Below, piece by piece: positions 8,323 through 18,107 of a stretch of 63,641 nt of DNA. Origin of the DNA: Verrucomicrobiota bacterium (GTDB lineage: Bacteria > Verrucomicrobiota > Verrucomicrobiia > Verrucomicrobiales > DEV007); contig JASFYY010000083.1 in the NCBI GenBank assembly GCA_045046875.1, positions 1-63,641 of the forward strand. The letters are read 5' to 3'. The notes under the pieces are model-generated. The model was not told the origin of the DNA, searched no databases, and saw only the letters and a program-made list of their open reading frames with translations. Position numbers and translations under genes: made by a program. The stretch's first letter is position 1, and each line of letters begins with the position of its first letter.

Positions 8323-10146
8323 ATGTCTGAAAACTCTAATGAACACGACGGCCCCCAGGTCGATAAATGGCTGGCGAAAATGCGTGAGCAATTCGCGGCA
8401 TCGGATGAGCCTTTGCCAAAAGAGCTGGCGAACCGTCACCCTTTTGTGTGGATTGATGGACCGTTGGATATGATTGCTGCTCGGGTTGTGGAGATTTTGC
8501 GTGGTAAGAATTTGATTTTCCGGCGTGGCTTAGAGGTAGGAACTGTGGATGAAGCTGGCGAATGGACGGAGATGACGACGGATCGTTTCCGTTCGTGGTT
8601 GCCTATGACGGGCGGGGTGATCCCGTATAAGGGATTAAAGGATAATAAACCAGTAAAGGTCTCGGTTCCGTATGAGGTGGCGCGTGGTGTCCTGGCAAGT
8701 GATGAGTTGCGGACAAAATTGCCTGAGATTCGGCAAATCAACATGGTAAGAATGCCGGTATTTCGTGAGGAACTTGATGATAGGGATGATAAAAAACGGA
8801 TGGGATTTAGGAAGATTGAGCTATTGCCGCTGGGGTATGATTCTGAGGCAAAAACTTTCACGGTATTCCAGACTGCTGATTTTGATGAGGATATGGATTC
8901 TAATGATGGTTTTACCTGGTTAAAAGATCTGCTAAAATACTTTCCGTTCGCGGATGAAGATCGTCGAGCTGTGCAAATAGCGGCAATGCTCACTGTATAT
9001 GCTGGGAATTTGTTTAATGGGAGGTCTCCAATGTTCTTGTGGAATTCCAATTTAGCTGGGAGTGGAAAGTCTAGGCTTTCTCAGCTCGCGCTTGATCCGG
9101 TATTTGGGGAATCGGGTGCGTCTGGTTACTCTTATGATTCGCGGGAGGAAGTGCGGAAGGAATTGGATGCGAAGGCGCAAGAATTCGCACAATATGTTTG
9201 GTTCGACGATGTGCCTAAAGGGACGATCCGAGATGTGGTGCTCAATCGTTGGCTAACTCGTCTCACTTGGCAATGCCGTGTCCTGGGGACGAAGGGTATG
9301 TTTAAGGGGAAATTGTTTGCGGTGACTTTTATGACAGGGGCGCAAATCGAGTTAGACGGCATGTTAGCTCGTCGGACGTTGGTGGTAGATCTTTTTCCTC
9401 GGCAACGCGCTCGCAACCGGACGTTGCCTAAAGATGCTATTGCTATCAATGACGATTTTTTTGGTAATGATGAGATGCGAAGTAAGGTGTTAGGTTCGAT
9501 GTGGTCTTTGATCCGCTGGTGGGATGAGTCCGGGCGACCTGGGCTCAAGGAGTGTCCGGCGTTGGAGGGTGAGAAGGAGTTGGATAGTTTTGAATCTTGG
9601 TCTTCGATTATCCCAACTATTGTAGCTACAGTAAATTTCGGCAACTGTTTGAAAGAGTTTGAAGCGCCTGATTCTGGGGACACTGAGACGCGGGAATTTG
9701 AGCAGCTAGTAAGATTGCTGATTGAGCAGTATGCGGTTGGGCGTGATTCTGGTGAGGTCACCATGGAAAATGTGATAGCGTGCGCTCGGCAGAACGGGTT
9801 ATTCATTGATACCCTGGGCAGTCTTGACGATGTGATTCGTGATTTGGGGCGGCAAAAAAATTGGGAGTGGGATATTCCCCGGGAGCTTGAAGACATTACT
9901 GATGAAGGGCATCGGGAAAAACTAACTAGGAGGTTCAAAGGGGAAAAGGCGGCGGGTTGGACGGACAAGCGGATTCAGAGTATGTGGGGCAAAAAGTTTC
10001 GCAAGTCGGCTGTGAGCGGTCAACATTTTGAGGTGGCTGATGAGGTCTGGGAGTTTGGCACTAGGGAGACTTCGCGCAAGTCGATGTTTCCTATTCGCAA
10101 GGTTGCGGGAGTGGTGAATTTTGATGATGAACCGGAGAAAAAATGA
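8323..10146 (+). CDS. Primase-associated replicative helicase/ATPase
   Basis: Walker A NLAGSGKS, Walker B VWFDD, LARR arginine-finger-like motif; follows the primase. Confidence 0.75.
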   Translation: MSENSNEHDGPQVDKWLAKMREQFAASDEPLPKELANRHPFVWIDGPLDMIAARVVEILRGKNLIFRRGLEVGTVDEAGEWTEMTTDRFRSWLPMTGGVIPYKGLKDNKPVKVSVPYEVARGVLASDELRTKLPEIRQINMVRMPVFREELDDRDDKKRMGFRKIELLPLGYDSEAKTFTVFQTADFDEDMDSNDGFTWLKDLLKYFPFADEDRRAVQIAAMLTVYAGNLFNGRSPMFLWNSNLAGSGKSRLSQLALDPVFGESGASGYSYDSREEVRKELDAKAQEFAQYVWFDDVPKGTIRDVVLNRWLTRLTWQCRVLGTKGMFKGKLFAVTFMTGAQIELDGMLARRTLVVDLFPRQRARNRTLPKDAIAINDDFFGNDEMRSKVLGSMWSLIRWWDESGRPGLKECPALEGEKELDSFESWSSIIPTIVATVNFGNCLKEFEAPDSGDTETREFEQLVRLLIEQYAVGRDSGEVTMENVIACARQNGLFIDTLGSLDDVIRDLGRQKNWEWDIPRELEDITDEGHREKLTRRFKGEKAAGWTDKRIQSMWGKKFRKSAVSGQHFEVADEVWEFGTRETSRKSMFPIRKVAGVVNFDDEPEKK

Positions 10147-10358
10147 AACGACGTGACTTATTGAAATCTGCTGTTGGGGCTGCTCTTCCTTTATTCGTGC
10201 CGGTTCCAACTGTGTCGCCGGTGTTTTATGCCGATCTGAGCACTGTGGTGGTAATACCTGTTTCAGCGATTCGGAGAAGGTCAGTATGGATGCGGAATAA
10301 TATGGGGTTGGCTGAAAAGATACTCGAAGAGCTGAGAAGCGAACAAAATGAAGGATGA
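10143..10358 (+). CDS. Small protein with a twin-arginine-like N-terminus
   Basis: MKRRDLLKSAVGAAL; ATGA overlap with the helicase stop. Confidence 0.55.
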   Translation: MKRRDLLKSAVGAALPLFVPVPTVSPVFYADLSTVVVIPVSAIRRRSVWMRNNMGLAEKILEELRSEQNEG

Positions 10359-10624
10359 CTGATTTACTTTTTGAAATACCTCAAACCTTGTCTCCATACA
10401 AAAAGTGGGAGCGACGCAATAGGATCAAAACTCACTACTCTGTGCATTGTGGAGATGAGTCCTGGTGCGCGTGCCGAACGATAAAGCGGTGCGAGGATCA
10501 AGTGGCATCCAATGGCGATGCGTTTTGTGCGTTTGGGGATAGTCGTGAGCAGGCAGTTAAGCGTTTGGTTGAGAAGTTAGGAATAGAGCCTTACGGGCTC
10601 GCAATGATGAAAGGAAAACAATGA
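10355..10624 (+). CDS. Phage hypothetical protein
   Basis: Coupled by ATGA overlaps at both ends. Confidence 0.6.
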   Translation: MTDLLFEIPQTLSPYKKWERRNRIKTHYSVHCGDESWCACRTIKRCEDQVASNGDAFCAFGDSREQAVKRLVEKLGIEPYGLAMMKGKQ

Positions 10625-11202
10625 GTAAAGGGGAAGTTAAAGCAGGGGAAGAAGAGGCGTTTACCGAATTGGTATCGAAAGTGATTTCCATTCATGGAGC
10701 ATCGGGCGTAATTAGTCTCGTGAAAATAGAATCGATTGCGTCATGCGCGCGTGAAATGGAATTATTTGCGGCGGATTTAGGGAGTGGTGGTGATGTATAT
10801 AACATGATGGGTAATATTGAATGGCTGAGTCAAGAAATGAAAGATCGGTGGGGTAAAAGGTTAAACCGATTTCTCTTAGACAATAGATGTTTCAATGTTG
10901 GCGGTGGGGTGTGGGTAATAGAGCAAGTGAAAAATGAGAAAAGTTTTGAGGGCTTCCGATATAAAGTGATGTTGGCAAACCAAGTTCCCAGTGTGTTGGA
11001 TATGGTGAATCAGCCCCCTCATTACACTAAGCACCCTTCCGGGGTTGAGTGCATTCAAATCACGGAAGCTATGGGTTTTTGCCTGGGCAATGCGGTAAAA
11101 TACATTTGGAGAGCTGATGAAAAGGGTGATGCTTTGGAGGATCTGGAAAAGGCGAAGTGGTATATTGAGCGGGAAATCAAAAGAAGGGAGAAAGGATCAT
11201 GA
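10621..11202 (+). CDS. DUF3310-domain protein
   Basis: C-terminal VNQPPHY...ECIQIT...FCLGNAVKYIWRADEKG..LEDLEKAKWYIERE. Confidence 0.85.
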   Translation: MSKGEVKAGEEEAFTELVSKVISIHGASGVISLVKIESIASCAREMELFAADLGSGGDVYNMMGNIEWLSQEMKDRWGKRLNRFLLDNRCFNVGGGVWVIEQVKNEKSFEGFRYKVMLANQVPSVLDMVNQPPHYTKHPSGVECIQITEAMGFCLGNAVKYIWRADEKGDALEDLEKAKWYIEREIKRREKGS

Positions 11203-11360
11203 AAGCTTGGCTTGTGATCCTGTGCGCTTTGATGGGAGGCTGCTCTCTTGTGCCTCATGCTATCCGTGCAGATATGGTGTTTTTTGAATATGCGGTCTTC
11301 GGCCGTGTGCAGCCGTGGGGCGATACGGGAGATTATAAACCGGAGGATGAGTGTGAGTGA
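11199..11360 (+). CDS. Small lipoprotein (53 aa, not in the ORF track)
   Basis: MKAWLVILCALMGGC: signal plus lipobox-like LMGGC; ATGA overlap with the upstream stop. Confidence 0.55.
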   Translation: MKAWLVILCALMGGCSLVPHAIRADMVFFEYAVFGRVQPWGDTGDYKPEDECE

Positions 11361-11676
11361 ATTGCAAGGATTGAGACCAAGTAAAAAGCTATACGATTTT
11401 ATTGAACTGATGAAGAGGGTGGCGGAAGAAGAAAAGATCAAAAGGCAGCAGAGTTTCCGTATCGCGGTTGAGAACGCGAAGAAGGTGCTCCAGAAAGGTG
11501 ATCGCCTTCGAGTGTTCAAATGCCCCGGAACCAAGCGTTGGATCACGTTCGATCATTGGGATGGTGCCTGGATCGTCTCCAAGTCAGGGATAGATGATTA
11601 CGCGGCTTCCTGCGTGGATCGAGTAAACGATAGCATGGTGAATTTCTGTGAGCCGAACGAGAAGGTTACGCTATGA
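11347..11676 (+). CDS. Phage hypothetical protein
   Basis: Likely start MSVSELQG; coupled to the next gene. Confidence 0.55.
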   Translation: MSVSELQGLRPSKKLYDFIELMKRVAEEEKIKRQQSFRIAVENAKKVLQKGDRLRVFKCPGTKRWITFDHWDGAWIVSKSGIDDYAASCVDRVNDSMVNFCEPNEKVTL

Positions 11677-11906
11677 AAAAAGATTACTTTTATGAGGTGA
11701 AGGAAACTCTTCGGTGGTATCACCGCATTGTTCTTTGGGTTCGTCGAATTATTGGCAAACCTGCGCATCCTAAACCGCGTTATTTTATGTCGTGGGATAT
11801 TGGGCGGACTCGCGACAGTTGGATAAGGAGCAAGATTTATCCGGACGGCACGATTGAGATAGTCGATCACGGATTTATCCAAAAGCCGGAGAGTGCATCT
11901 ATTTAG
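11673..11906 (+). CDS. Phage hypothetical protein
   Basis: Coupled ORF. Confidence 0.5.
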   Translation: MKKDYFYEVKETLRWYHRIVLWVRRIIGKPAHPKPRYFMSWDIGRTRDSWIRSKIYPDGTIEIVDHGFIQKPESASI

Positions 11907-11908
11907 CT

Positions 11909-12244
11909 ATGAGCGAAGCGAAATTGAGTTCCAATGATTGGTTCTGCATCTTAAATGATGACGGCACGATTGACCTCGAAATGCTTGAAATAGGAGCGAG
12001 GAATTCCCATAAGGAAGCCAACGAAAAGGAGATGGAAAAGGCGCTAGAGCTGTCTTCGGCTGGATGGACGCAAGAGCAACACGTCTGTCACCCGTTCACA
12101 AAATCAGTTGATGTAATGTCATGGTATTGGCGGCGTCCAGCGCGCAGAAAAGGAATGAAGGGCAGGCTGTTCCTTTCAACCAATCAAGCCTATAACGCGA
12201 TGAATCGGGAATCTTTGCGGAACGAAGGGATATTAGGAGCATGA
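11909..12244 (+). CDS. Phage hypothetical protein
   Basis: Coupled ORF. Confidence 0.55.
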   Translation: MSEAKLSSNDWFCILNDDGTIDLEMLEIGARNSHKEANEKEMEKALELSSAGWTQEQHVCHPFTKSVDVMSWYWRRPARRKGMKGRLFLSTNQAYNAMNRESLRNEGILGA

Positions 12245-12540
12245 AGCCAGAATACGAACCAGGACACCGGAGCGCGACTTTTCGGAGGGATTTAATACCG
12301 TCAAAAGTGAGAGCAAGAATGTATGAGAATAAGAGGCGAGCATTGGCTGAAGGGCCTCCTGCATCGTTTTGTTCTGGTGAGCGATGGGAGCTATCGGAAT
12401 ATCCCCATCCTAAGTTTCCCAAAAACATGAGGGGCTGCTGTATCCCTGATCTTATCTGGTTACGTTTTCACGGATCGGAGCTGACTGGCTGGCGATCTGT
12501 GAAGCAGAACCTTGGGACCCGGCGGAGAGCGAAACAATGA
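12241..12540 (+). CDS. Phage hypothetical protein
   Basis: Coupled ORF. Confidence 0.45.
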   Translation: MKPEYEPGHRSATFRRDLIPSKVRARMYENKRRALAEGPPASFCSGERWELSEYPHPKFPKNMRGCCIPDLIWLRFHGSELTGWRSVKQNLGTRRRAKQ

Positions 12541-12564
12541 CTCCTGTATCGGCCTGTTAAGCAG

Positions 12565-12846
12565 ATGCCAATTAAGCCTGAGAACAAAGCGAGGTATCCC
12601 AAGGATTGGAAGCTTCGCAGTCGATTTGTACGCTTTTACAGGGCAAATAATCGCTGCGAATGGTGCGGTGCAGAGAATTACAAGCCGCATCCAATCACAG
12701 GGAGTCATGTGGTGCTTACTGCTGCACACGTCTATGACCACCGGCCAGAAGCGGCAAGCCTCCTGAACTTAGCCGCTCTTTGCCAGCAGTGTCACAATCG
12801 GCATGACGCGCCAAGAAGGCGTAAAAACCGAGCTTCTGCGAATTAA
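12565..12846 (+). CDS. HNH endonuclease (terminase-associated position)
   Basis: YPKDW...CEWCG...VVLTAAH..H......NLAALCQQCHNRHD. Confidence 0.88.
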   Translation: MPIKPENKARYPKDWKLRSRFVRFYRANNRCEWCGAENYKPHPITGSHVVLTAAHVYDHRPEAASLLNLAALCQQCHNRHDAPRRRKNRASAN

Positions 12847-12980
12847 CGGAAGATTTTCGAGCTTTGTCCAGGCAATCCTCCCACTTCAATTCGAGGTGTG
12901 CTGCCCTGCCCTACAATCTTCCGGCGAAGCCGCTTTCCCTTCTTCTTTTCCGTGCTTTCCGCCTTTTTGCTTAATTAGCA

Positions 12981-13265
12981 AACCTCCGCAAACCTCCGCA
13001 AACCTCCGCAACCTCCACCCGATTCAGCATTTTCGCCGCCTGCATTCCTTTTTAGTTATATATCAAAAAAACCCGACCTGTGCAACCACCCTCACTTGGT
13101 AAAAACCTGTGCAATTGTAAGTAGTTTACAATTAACCATTAGGGGGTGGTGATGGTGGTATTTAGGGTTTTAGAGAGTCTGTGTATAGAGGGTATGATTT
13201 CGATAGAAATCCCATATACAGCCAGCGTGTCCCCAATTACCTGCGCAAGTCCCCTACCTGCGCAA
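12981..13265. repeat. Cluster of short direct repeats ACCT(C/G)(C/T)GCAA in the HNH-terminase gap (candidate cos/pac or origin)
   Basis: aacctccgca x3 at 12981-13010; acctgtgcaa at 13076 and 13104; acctgcgcaa at 13239 and 13256; hairpin aattgtaa/ttacaatt. Confidence 0.75.
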
Positions 13266-13434
13266 AAAAAAGGAATCTCTTCCCCATTCCAATCTATCTA
13301 AGTCCCGTCTTGTGGATTTCGAAGGCTGCGCGATGACTTTTTTTCAAGATTGCGCCCCTTTTCTTTGCCCCATTTGACAAAAGCCTTGTTTTACCTGGGG
13401 CCAGTGATCCGCCACGGGTTTGATCACTGCACTG

Positions 13435-14286
13435 ATGGCTGAATCTGACCAGAATAATAAATTGCCAACTTCCTTCGCTTTGGAAGGTGATGAAAATTTG
13501 ACGGATCGGCAAAAAGTTCGTCGCCAGACGGTCGGATCTTTCAATCACAAGTTGGCTTATTATTGCAAGAAGTTTGGGAAGCTTCTGGCCGATGGTTCTA
13601 CCCGGGCGTTGGATCGGAAAACTGTCGAGCGGTGGGTGAAGCGTGGAAGGGAATCGTGTGATGCTGGGGATTTGCCTCCGTTGGATCATCCTGAGTTGAT
13701 GGCTGAATGGTATCGGCGGACGATGAAAACAAAGGTGCCGGAGGTTTTAGCGACTTTTGAGTTTAAAAATGAGGAGGGGGCGGCGGAAAAAGGAGGTGAG
13801 GTGATTGATGTGGAGGGAGTCAGTCGGGCTATGTTGCAGAAGGCTTTGAAAATGGCGGATGATGCGGGTTTGGGGTTTGAGGCGGCGTTGGAGCGGGCGA
13901 GGTTGGCTGAGCGCTTTGCTTACACTCAATGGCAGGTAATGCTATTGGAGCCCGAGAATCATTTAGATACTGCTATTTCTAAGAGGAAGAAGGCGTGGGA
14001 AGAGGCTGCAGGGGTGTTGTTACGTGCTGAAGAAAAGGCGGAGAAAATCATGGATAGATCTGCTGAGTGGGCTCGGTGGGATGAAGTGGAGCGGCATGAG
14101 GCGGAAAAGCTCGCTATCTTGGCTCATGGCATCCGGTCTTTACTGACCCGGGTGGCAACGAAAAATCCATTTCCTCCAGGGTTGTTCAATGAAATGAATC
14201 GGGCATTTAGTGCTGAGGTGGATGTTTTGTTTTCTAGTTTGTCGGCTGGGAATTATAAGCCGGTATTGGAATTGGAGGGGGAATGA
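13435..14286 (+). CDS. Terminase small subunit (Nu1-like position)
   Basis: N-terminal HTH-like LDRKTVERWVKRG and a helical C-terminus; directly upstream of and coupled to terL. Confidence 0.7.
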   Translation: MAESDQNNKLPTSFALEGDENLTDRQKVRRQTVGSFNHKLAYYCKKFGKLLADGSTRALDRKTVERWVKRGRESCDAGDLPPLDHPELMAEWYRRTMKTKVPEVLATFEFKNEEGAAEKGGEVIDVEGVSRAMLQKALKMADDAGLGFEAALERARLAERFAYTQWQVMLLEPENHLDTAISKRKKAWEEAAGVLLRAEEKAEKIMDRSAEWARWDEVERHEAEKLAILAHGIRSLLTRVATKNPFPPGLFNEMNRAFSAEVDVLFSSLSAGNYKPVLELEGE

Positions 14287-16247
14287 GGCTGGCGAATGTC
14301 GGATTGAAAATGGTGGGTTTGTTTTCGGCGATCTTTCAATCTCGCCCTTTGGGAACGATTGCGGATTGGGCATCGGGGAAGAGTGATCCTGATGGCAAGC
14401 CTAATATCCAGCTCTCGACAAAGGAATCGGGTGATTTCGCGGGTGGGTATGATCCTGATTTGAATCCGTTGCCTACAATTTTAACGGAAGTTTATCTTTC
14501 TGGTGAATATGACAAGGCTGTGATCAAAAAATCTTCGCAGTCCGGATTCACGCTGATGGTTCTGATTTTGATTTGCTGGTTTGTCTCGTTTGTGAATCGA
14601 AACTTCCTCTATGTCATCGATTCGCTTGGTGAGATGCGTCGCGTGAGTAAAGACCGGTTGATTCCTATGTTGCTGGGGTGCCGTGCGGCTGCGGGTGAGA
14701 TCCCTGAAGGTGAGGATGGTCTGAATACTCTCACGTTGTCGCTGAAGAGGTGTGTGGGATACCTGGCGGGGGCGCAAAGTCTCGGGGCTTTGTCGAATAA
14801 ATCGGTTGGGTTGGCTATTTATGACGAGGTGGATGCTTATCCGGACGCTAAAAAAGAGCAGGAACGGGCGATGGAGTTGGGCTCTGAGCGCGGGAAAAAG
14901 CAGACAGGCTTCTTTGAAGTATGGCTTTCAAAGCCAATCCATTGGGATGGGCCGATAAATCAGGAGTATTTGATTGGGACGCGCCACAAGGCGTTTGTCC
15001 CCTGCCCTCACTGCGATATGTTTCAGGAGTTACAGAGGGATCGTTTGAGGTATGATCATTGCCGGGATGATGAGGGCGCTTGGGACTTGCAGCGGATTCT
15101 TGATGAGACGTATTATTTATGTTTGTCTCAAGAGTGCCAGGAGTCTGATGCTGAGGGGAAAATTCTTGAGCATCACAAGCCTGAAATGGTTAAGCGCCGT
15201 GATTGGAGGCGGACAAATTTCGGGCAAGATGAGCACAAACCTCAACCGCGTTTATTTTCGTGTGAGGTTACGGATTTGTATTCTACTTTTCCCACTGCCA
15301 CTTTTGGACACCTGGCAAAAGAATGGGTAGAAAGTGAAAATGATCCGTCGAAGCGGAAGCGTTTGCTGCGTGGTCGATTTGCTGAGGCAACGAAGCGCAA
15401 GGAGGTGAAGACTCGGGGAGCTGATATTTGGTCGATGACGGGTGAATATGCTCGCGGGTGCCTACCTCAAGAGGTGGATGTGGTGGTGATGTTCGTTGAC
15501 GTTCAAGGTGTGGTGAAAAAGTGGGTGAAGTGCGGGTTCTTACTGGAGGATGATACCTGTTTTGTGATCGATTATGGTGAGTGCCTTTCGTATGGCGATT
15601 GTTTGGTGGAAGCTGATGAGCCGGTGCGGGTGCTGAATTGGAATGAGGATACCCCTGAAAAGGCTCGGGTGAATCCTACAGTGAAGGTGGGTTTGATTGA
15701 TGAGGGCTATAAGCAGAAGGAGGTGAGAACTTGGGCAGTTTCTACAATTTTGCCTGAGCGCTTGCCGGATGGTTCCCCTGCTTACCGTTTTTATACGTCT
15801 TGGGGTCAAGGCGGGGTTCATGCTAGGCATTTGCGCGATTTGGTAGTGCCTCGCCTGGATGATCCGCCAAACGCTACGCATGAGGGCTTTCCTATCTATG
15901 CTTACCGTTACAGCGACGATAATTTCAAGGATGACCTTTATAATAAGCGGATCGGCGGGCATCGTGCTGCTTTGGCTGCGAAGGATGAAGGTGTGAAGCC
16001 TCCTGCTAATGTGGCTCCGCTGTTTTTCCCTGCTGATATTGATCCTGGCTTTGTTTCTGAGTTGTGCCAGGAGAGGTTTGAATTTGATCCGGTGACGCGG
16101 CGGTGGGGATGGCCGGATGTGACAAATCCCAATGATTATGGTGATGGAGTGAAGTGTTGCTTGGTCGCTTGGTATATTTTGAAGCCTGGCTTGGCGGTGG
16201 TTGCATCGAGAGAGCGGGCTAACTTTGACAAGCCTGTGGTGGAGTGA
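14283..16247 (+). CDS. Terminase large subunit, lambda GpA family
   Basis: KKSSQSGFT Walker A variant, IYDEVDAYP Walker B, VPCPHC..FQEL, FVDVQ nuclease, LIDEGY, PNDYGD. Confidence 0.93.
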   Translation: MRLANVGLKMVGLFSAIFQSRPLGTIADWASGKSDPDGKPNIQLSTKESGDFAGGYDPDLNPLPTILTEVYLSGEYDKAVIKKSSQSGFTLMVLILICWFVSFVNRNFLYVIDSLGEMRRVSKDRLIPMLLGCRAAAGEIPEGEDGLNTLTLSLKRCVGYLAGAQSLGALSNKSVGLAIYDEVDAYPDAKKEQERAMELGSERGKKQTGFFEVWLSKPIHWDGPINQEYLIGTRHKAFVPCPHCDMFQELQRDRLRYDHCRDDEGAWDLQRILDETYYLCLSQECQESDAEGKILEHHKPEMVKRRDWRRTNFGQDEHKPQPRLFSCEVTDLYSTFPTATFGHLAKEWVESENDPSKRKRLLRGRFAEATKRKEVKTRGADIWSMTGEYARGCLPQEVDVVVMFVDVQGVVKKWVKCGFLLEDDTCFVIDYGECLSYGDCLVEADEPVRVLNWNEDTPEKARVNPTVKVGLIDEGYKQKEVRTWAVSTILPERLPDGSPAYRFYTSWGQGGVHARHLRDLVVPRLDDPPNATHEGFPIYAYRYSDDNFKDDLYNKRIGGHRAALAAKDEGVKPPANVAPLFFPADIDPGFVSELCQERFEFDPVTRRWGWPDVTNPNDYGDGVKCCLVAWYILKPGLAVVASRERANFDKPVVE

Positions 16248-16537
16248 TTCGTGAAGCATACATTGAGGCTTTGGCTGAAGCCTATGATCTTGCCGGTTTG
16301 AAGGCGGCGCGTGCTGCGGTCGCTATAAATTTAGCGACTAAAGCCGGGCGGACTATCGAGATAAATATGAAGAGCGTTGATGGGCGTGAGACTTCTGGAA
16401 TCAGCGTCACGACTTATGACGAAAAAATTAATTTCTTGTCGGCTGTGCGTGCAGCTATTGCTCGCAAGGAGGGCAAGGATTTACCGGAAAGCTCGGGTAT
16501 CAAATCGGATTTTTCGCAAACTTATGTAGATCCCTAG
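16244..16537 (+). CDS. gpW-like head completion protein (by position)
   Basis: Small ORF between terL and portal, as in lambda. Confidence 0.55.
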   Translation: MIREAYIEALAEAYDLAGLKAARAAVAINLATKAGRTIEINMKSVDGRETSGISVTTYDEKINFLSAVRAAIARKEGKDLPESSGIKSDFSQTYVDP

Positions 16538-16565
16538 TGATCAAACCCGGGTTTGATCACTGAAT
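16534..16565. repeat. 32-bp element containing a perfect 26-bp palindrome (copy 1)
   Basis: ctAGTGATCAAACCCGGGTTTGATCACTgaat; identical copy at 30811-30842. Confidence 0.95.
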
Positions 16566-16569
16566 AAAA

Positions 16570-18102
16570 ATGAAACGTGGAAATTTTGCTAGCAGTTTAA
16601 TGGATGCTCCTGCGATGAATGTCGGGGCAACGGCCGGTTCTGGTGAAGGAGCGGGCGGGCCGTTTATGTTATTGTCTGGATATTCGGCGGCTAATCACTC
16701 TACTGCGCGTGGATATTTGTATTGGCCGGAATCAAAGACTCGTTTTGAAATGACACCACTGGCGTCTGAGGAAATAAAGCGCCGTATTCATTTTCTTGTA
16801 GGAAACTTTGGATTTCCTCGTCGCTTATTGTGGGGCATGGCGCAAGCTGCTGGCATGGTCACACCTGTAAGTGATACCGGGGAGAGTGAATGGGATGATT
16901 TGGTTGAGGCTAACTGGTTGGAAAGAGTTTACGTGCCGGAAATTTTTGATGCGGCGGCGAAATTTGATTTTGGTTCTGCTCAAACCCAGTTGGATGTGAA
17001 CCGCTGGAAAGATGGCGATTGCTTGGTGGTTCCTACTGATCCGGAAGGTTACGATGGAGTTCAGTTGGCTTTTTACGAAGGGACTCAAATCACTCAATTT
17101 GGGGGGTGGCAAGATAAACCGAAATCCTACGGCCCTGAGTGGTGGGATGGCGTGAAAACTGATGACATATTTGGTAAACACCTGGCTTATCGGGTGCAGT
17201 CTGGATCTGATCGTGGAAATTACGAAGAAATCGATGCTGAGAGTGCGTATTATTATGCGAATCGTGAAAGCAATGGCTCTGTTCGCGGCATTTCGATTCT
17301 TGCTTCCATTGTGAATAACATGGTCGATGTGGTCGAGACTCGGGGATTCGTGAAAAAGCGAATTAAAGAGAGTGCTAATATTCGGCCGGTAATTGAGACT
17401 GATGCACCTGCACAATTTGCCGGTGGTGGTGGTATGGGGGCTCAAGTGGTTCAAACTGCAGTTCCTTTACCGGATGGGACTTCTAAATCAGTGAATTGGG
17501 AGGTGATGATGGGCGGTGGTGATCAGCCTCCACTCGCTCCTGGACAAAAAATTCGCCTGGTAGCTGATGACCGTCCCACGCCAAATAATGTGGCATTTGA
17601 AGAGACTCTGCTCCGGGATTGTTCTCATGCTGCGGGTATCCCTCACGAAATGTTGTTTGCGATGGCTGATTTGAAAGGGCCTAGTCAGCGGTATGTAATG
17701 GCTCAGATGCGGCGGTGGGTAGGTGAGCAAATGCGTTATAAAACACGGTTTGTGCGCTGGTATCGTGCCTTGCATATTTCAAATGAAATTGAAGCGGGCC
17801 GTTTGCCGCGTCCAAGGCAAATTAAAGGGAGGCCGCTATGGTGGCTGAAGTCCGCTTATATCGGCCAATCGGACATGACGATTGATGAGGGTAGGAAGGG
17901 AAAATTGGCTCTGATTAACTTGCGGAGCGGTCTCACTACCTGGGCAAAAGAATATGGAGAGTTGGGCTTGCATTGGAAAACGCCGATTGCCCAGCGGTTA
18001 AAGGAATTGTCTTTTGCGCGCGAAAAAGCGGAAGCGGCTGGGTTCACTTTAGATCAAGCTTTCCCTGAAATTTTCAAAGGCAGTCAAAGCTTACAACCTT
18101 AA
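16570..18102 (+). CDS. Portal protein, lambda family
   Basis: GYSAAN, DGDCLV, VRGISILA, AGIPHEML..DL; size and position after a GpA terminase. Confidence 0.85.
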   Translation: MKRGNFASSLMDAPAMNVGATAGSGEGAGGPFMLLSGYSAANHSTARGYLYWPESKTRFEMTPLASEEIKRRIHFLVGNFGFPRRLLWGMAQAAGMVTPVSDTGESEWDDLVEANWLERVYVPEIFDAAAKFDFGSAQTQLDVNRWKDGDCLVVPTDPEGYDGVQLAFYEGTQITQFGGWQDKPKSYGPEWWDGVKTDDIFGKHLAYRVQSGSDRGNYEEIDAESAYYYANRESNGSVRGISILASIVNNMVDVVETRGFVKKRIKESANIRPVIETDAPAQFAGGGGMGAQVVQTAVPLPDGTSKSVNWEVMMGGGDQPPLAPGQKIRLVADDRPTPNNVAFEETLLRDCSHAAGIPHEMLFAMADLKGPSQRYVMAQMRRWVGEQMRYKTRFVRWYRALHISNEIEAGRLPRPRQIKGRPLWWLKSAYIGQSDMTIDEGRKGKLALINLRSGLTTWAKEYGELGLHWKTPIAQRLKELSFAREKAEAAGFTLDQAFPEIFKGSQSLQP

Positions 18103-18107
18103 CGATT

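Noticed and set aside
9132..9968. Long antisense ORFs (also 15540-16259, 27350-28051, 44641-45399, 50869-51654)
   Set aside because: Shadows of well-supported genes on the opposite strand.
12803..13102. 99 aa ORF after HNH
   Set aside because: Low-complexity translation of the repeat island; more likely non-coding.
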